Translations under genes and position numbers: made by a program
In this document: positions 63,314 to 64,000 of the stretch, in pieces
Layout of the letters: the number at the start of each line of letters is the position of its first letter
Position numbering within the stretch: position 1 is the stretch's first letter
Virus record (IMG/VR): IMGVR_UViG_3300034044_000040
Span: 21,341 to 85,340 of that record
Length of the DNA: 64,000 nucleotides
Direction: 5' to 3' (one strand)
From: a virus
Notes under the pieces: model-generated
Told to the model about the DNA's origin: nothing
What the model saw: only the letters and a program-made list of their open reading frames with translations
The model's database searches: none

Positions 63314-63918
63314 ACGTATTGCCGAACTTTATCAGAGCACCCGCCAGACGCATCAGACAGCGTATACTTCGAGCTTGGTATTCGGTGCAGAAATGGTGGT
63401 CATGTTTCATCGGGCTGCACTGCATAGAAGTCACTGAGGGTCGCGGGTTCACCCATATCAAATGCACGCGGTGTGATGCCTCAATCATGGCCACATGGGA
63501 CGTCCACACAGAAAGTGGCCCCACACCCGAGACAGTCTCTGGAAGTGACACGGTAGCGGATGCGGGTGGTAAACCATTGCAACTGGTTGCAAATGATCCT
63601 GCTTTGGATGCAGAGGGGCATCTGTTGTTGCCCGAAGATGTGACCGGGTTCACGGTGGTGTGCATGTTTTTCTACACCCCAACTGAGCAACTCAATCACG
63701 CGCTGGTGTATGCCCCTGCATATGACGCAGAACACGCGCGTATGGCAGCAGAGCAGACCCTCATGAGTTACATGGGTACGATTGGTTATGAGGTGCAGCA
63801 TCTTGATGTATGGGCCATCACCATATTCGAGGGCGAAGTGGACCCGGTGTGGGATGCAGGGCAGGAGGGATCAGAAGATCAACCATCCGCTGAAAATTCA
63901 GACGATCCCGACGCATAA
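63310..63918 (+). CDS. Hypothetical protein
   Basis: ATGA overlap with terL. Confidence 0.55.
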   Translation: MNVLPNFIRAPARRIRQRILRAWYSVQKWWSCFIGLHCIEVTEGRGFTHIKCTRCDASIMATWDVHTESGPTPETVSGSDTVADAGGKPLQLVANDPALDAEGHLLLPEDVTGFTVVCMFFYTPTEQLNHALVYAPAYDAEHARMAAEQTLMSYMGTIGYEVQHLDVWAITIFEGEVDPVWDAGQEGSEDQPSAENSDDPDA

Positions 63919-63923
63919 AGTTG

Positions 63924-63952
63924 TTGACGATCACACACGTGTAGCATATTCT
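63924..63952 (+). promoter_or_regulatory. Sigma70-like promoter, probably for the downstream head operon
   Basis: TTGACG-17 bp-TATTCT. Confidence 0.45.
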
Positions 63953-64000
63953 ACCATTGTCCCCCCCCCGGATAGAGCGGGTTTTCCTTTCGTTTTCACG

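Larger units (their letters stand above)
398..63591. repeat. Dispersed 14-bp palindrome TGCAAC-NN-GTTGCA, 20 copies
   Basis: Starts at 398, 8055, 11215, 15531, 17912, 21794, 22755, 28976, 31836, 36775, 37336, 41751, 44489, 48273, 50319, 54765, 57926, 59348, 60310, 63578. Confidence 0.95.

Noticed and set aside
398-63591. Palindrome or promoter repeats as a CRISPR array
   Set aside because: Copies are kilobases apart with no repeat-spacer periodicity and no cas1/cas2; the Cas4-like gene sits in a recombination operon

Overview
Most of a tailed dsDNA phage genome (siphovirus-type), with essentially all genes on the + strand. The host is probably an alphaproteobacterium (Rhodobacteraceae-like), inferred from the RcGTA g12-g15-like baseplate, DUF2793 fibre, DUF6127, an Omp25-like protein and apparent GANTC avoidance. 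Gene order: tail tube end, chaperone with a GGGAAAG -1 frameshift, tape measure, GTA-like baseplate and fibres (1-15.2 kb); dNMP kinase and lysis cassette (15.2-17.9 kb); a Ycf46-AAA/DUF1257/DUF2997 module (18.1-21.8 kb); replication and recombination genes (22.1-37.3 kb); promoter-led cassettes of small accessory genes with phoH and nrdJ (37.4-54.7 kb); a ParB-ParB-IbrA-IbrB-like cluster (54.8-57.8 kb); terminase (60.4-63.3 kb). No integrase, tRNA or CRISPR array was seen. Three dispersed signals stand out: (1) 20 copies of the palindrome TGCAAC-(CC/GG/CA/TG)-GTTGCA about every 3 kb, in and between genes; (2) 10 copies of a 28-bp promoter with a conserved spacer; (3) a short peptide motif, [VI]R[DS]R..R[AD][VI]x[ILVF], at the termini of many unrelated proteins. 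All family assignments come from motif recognition by eye, not from database searches.
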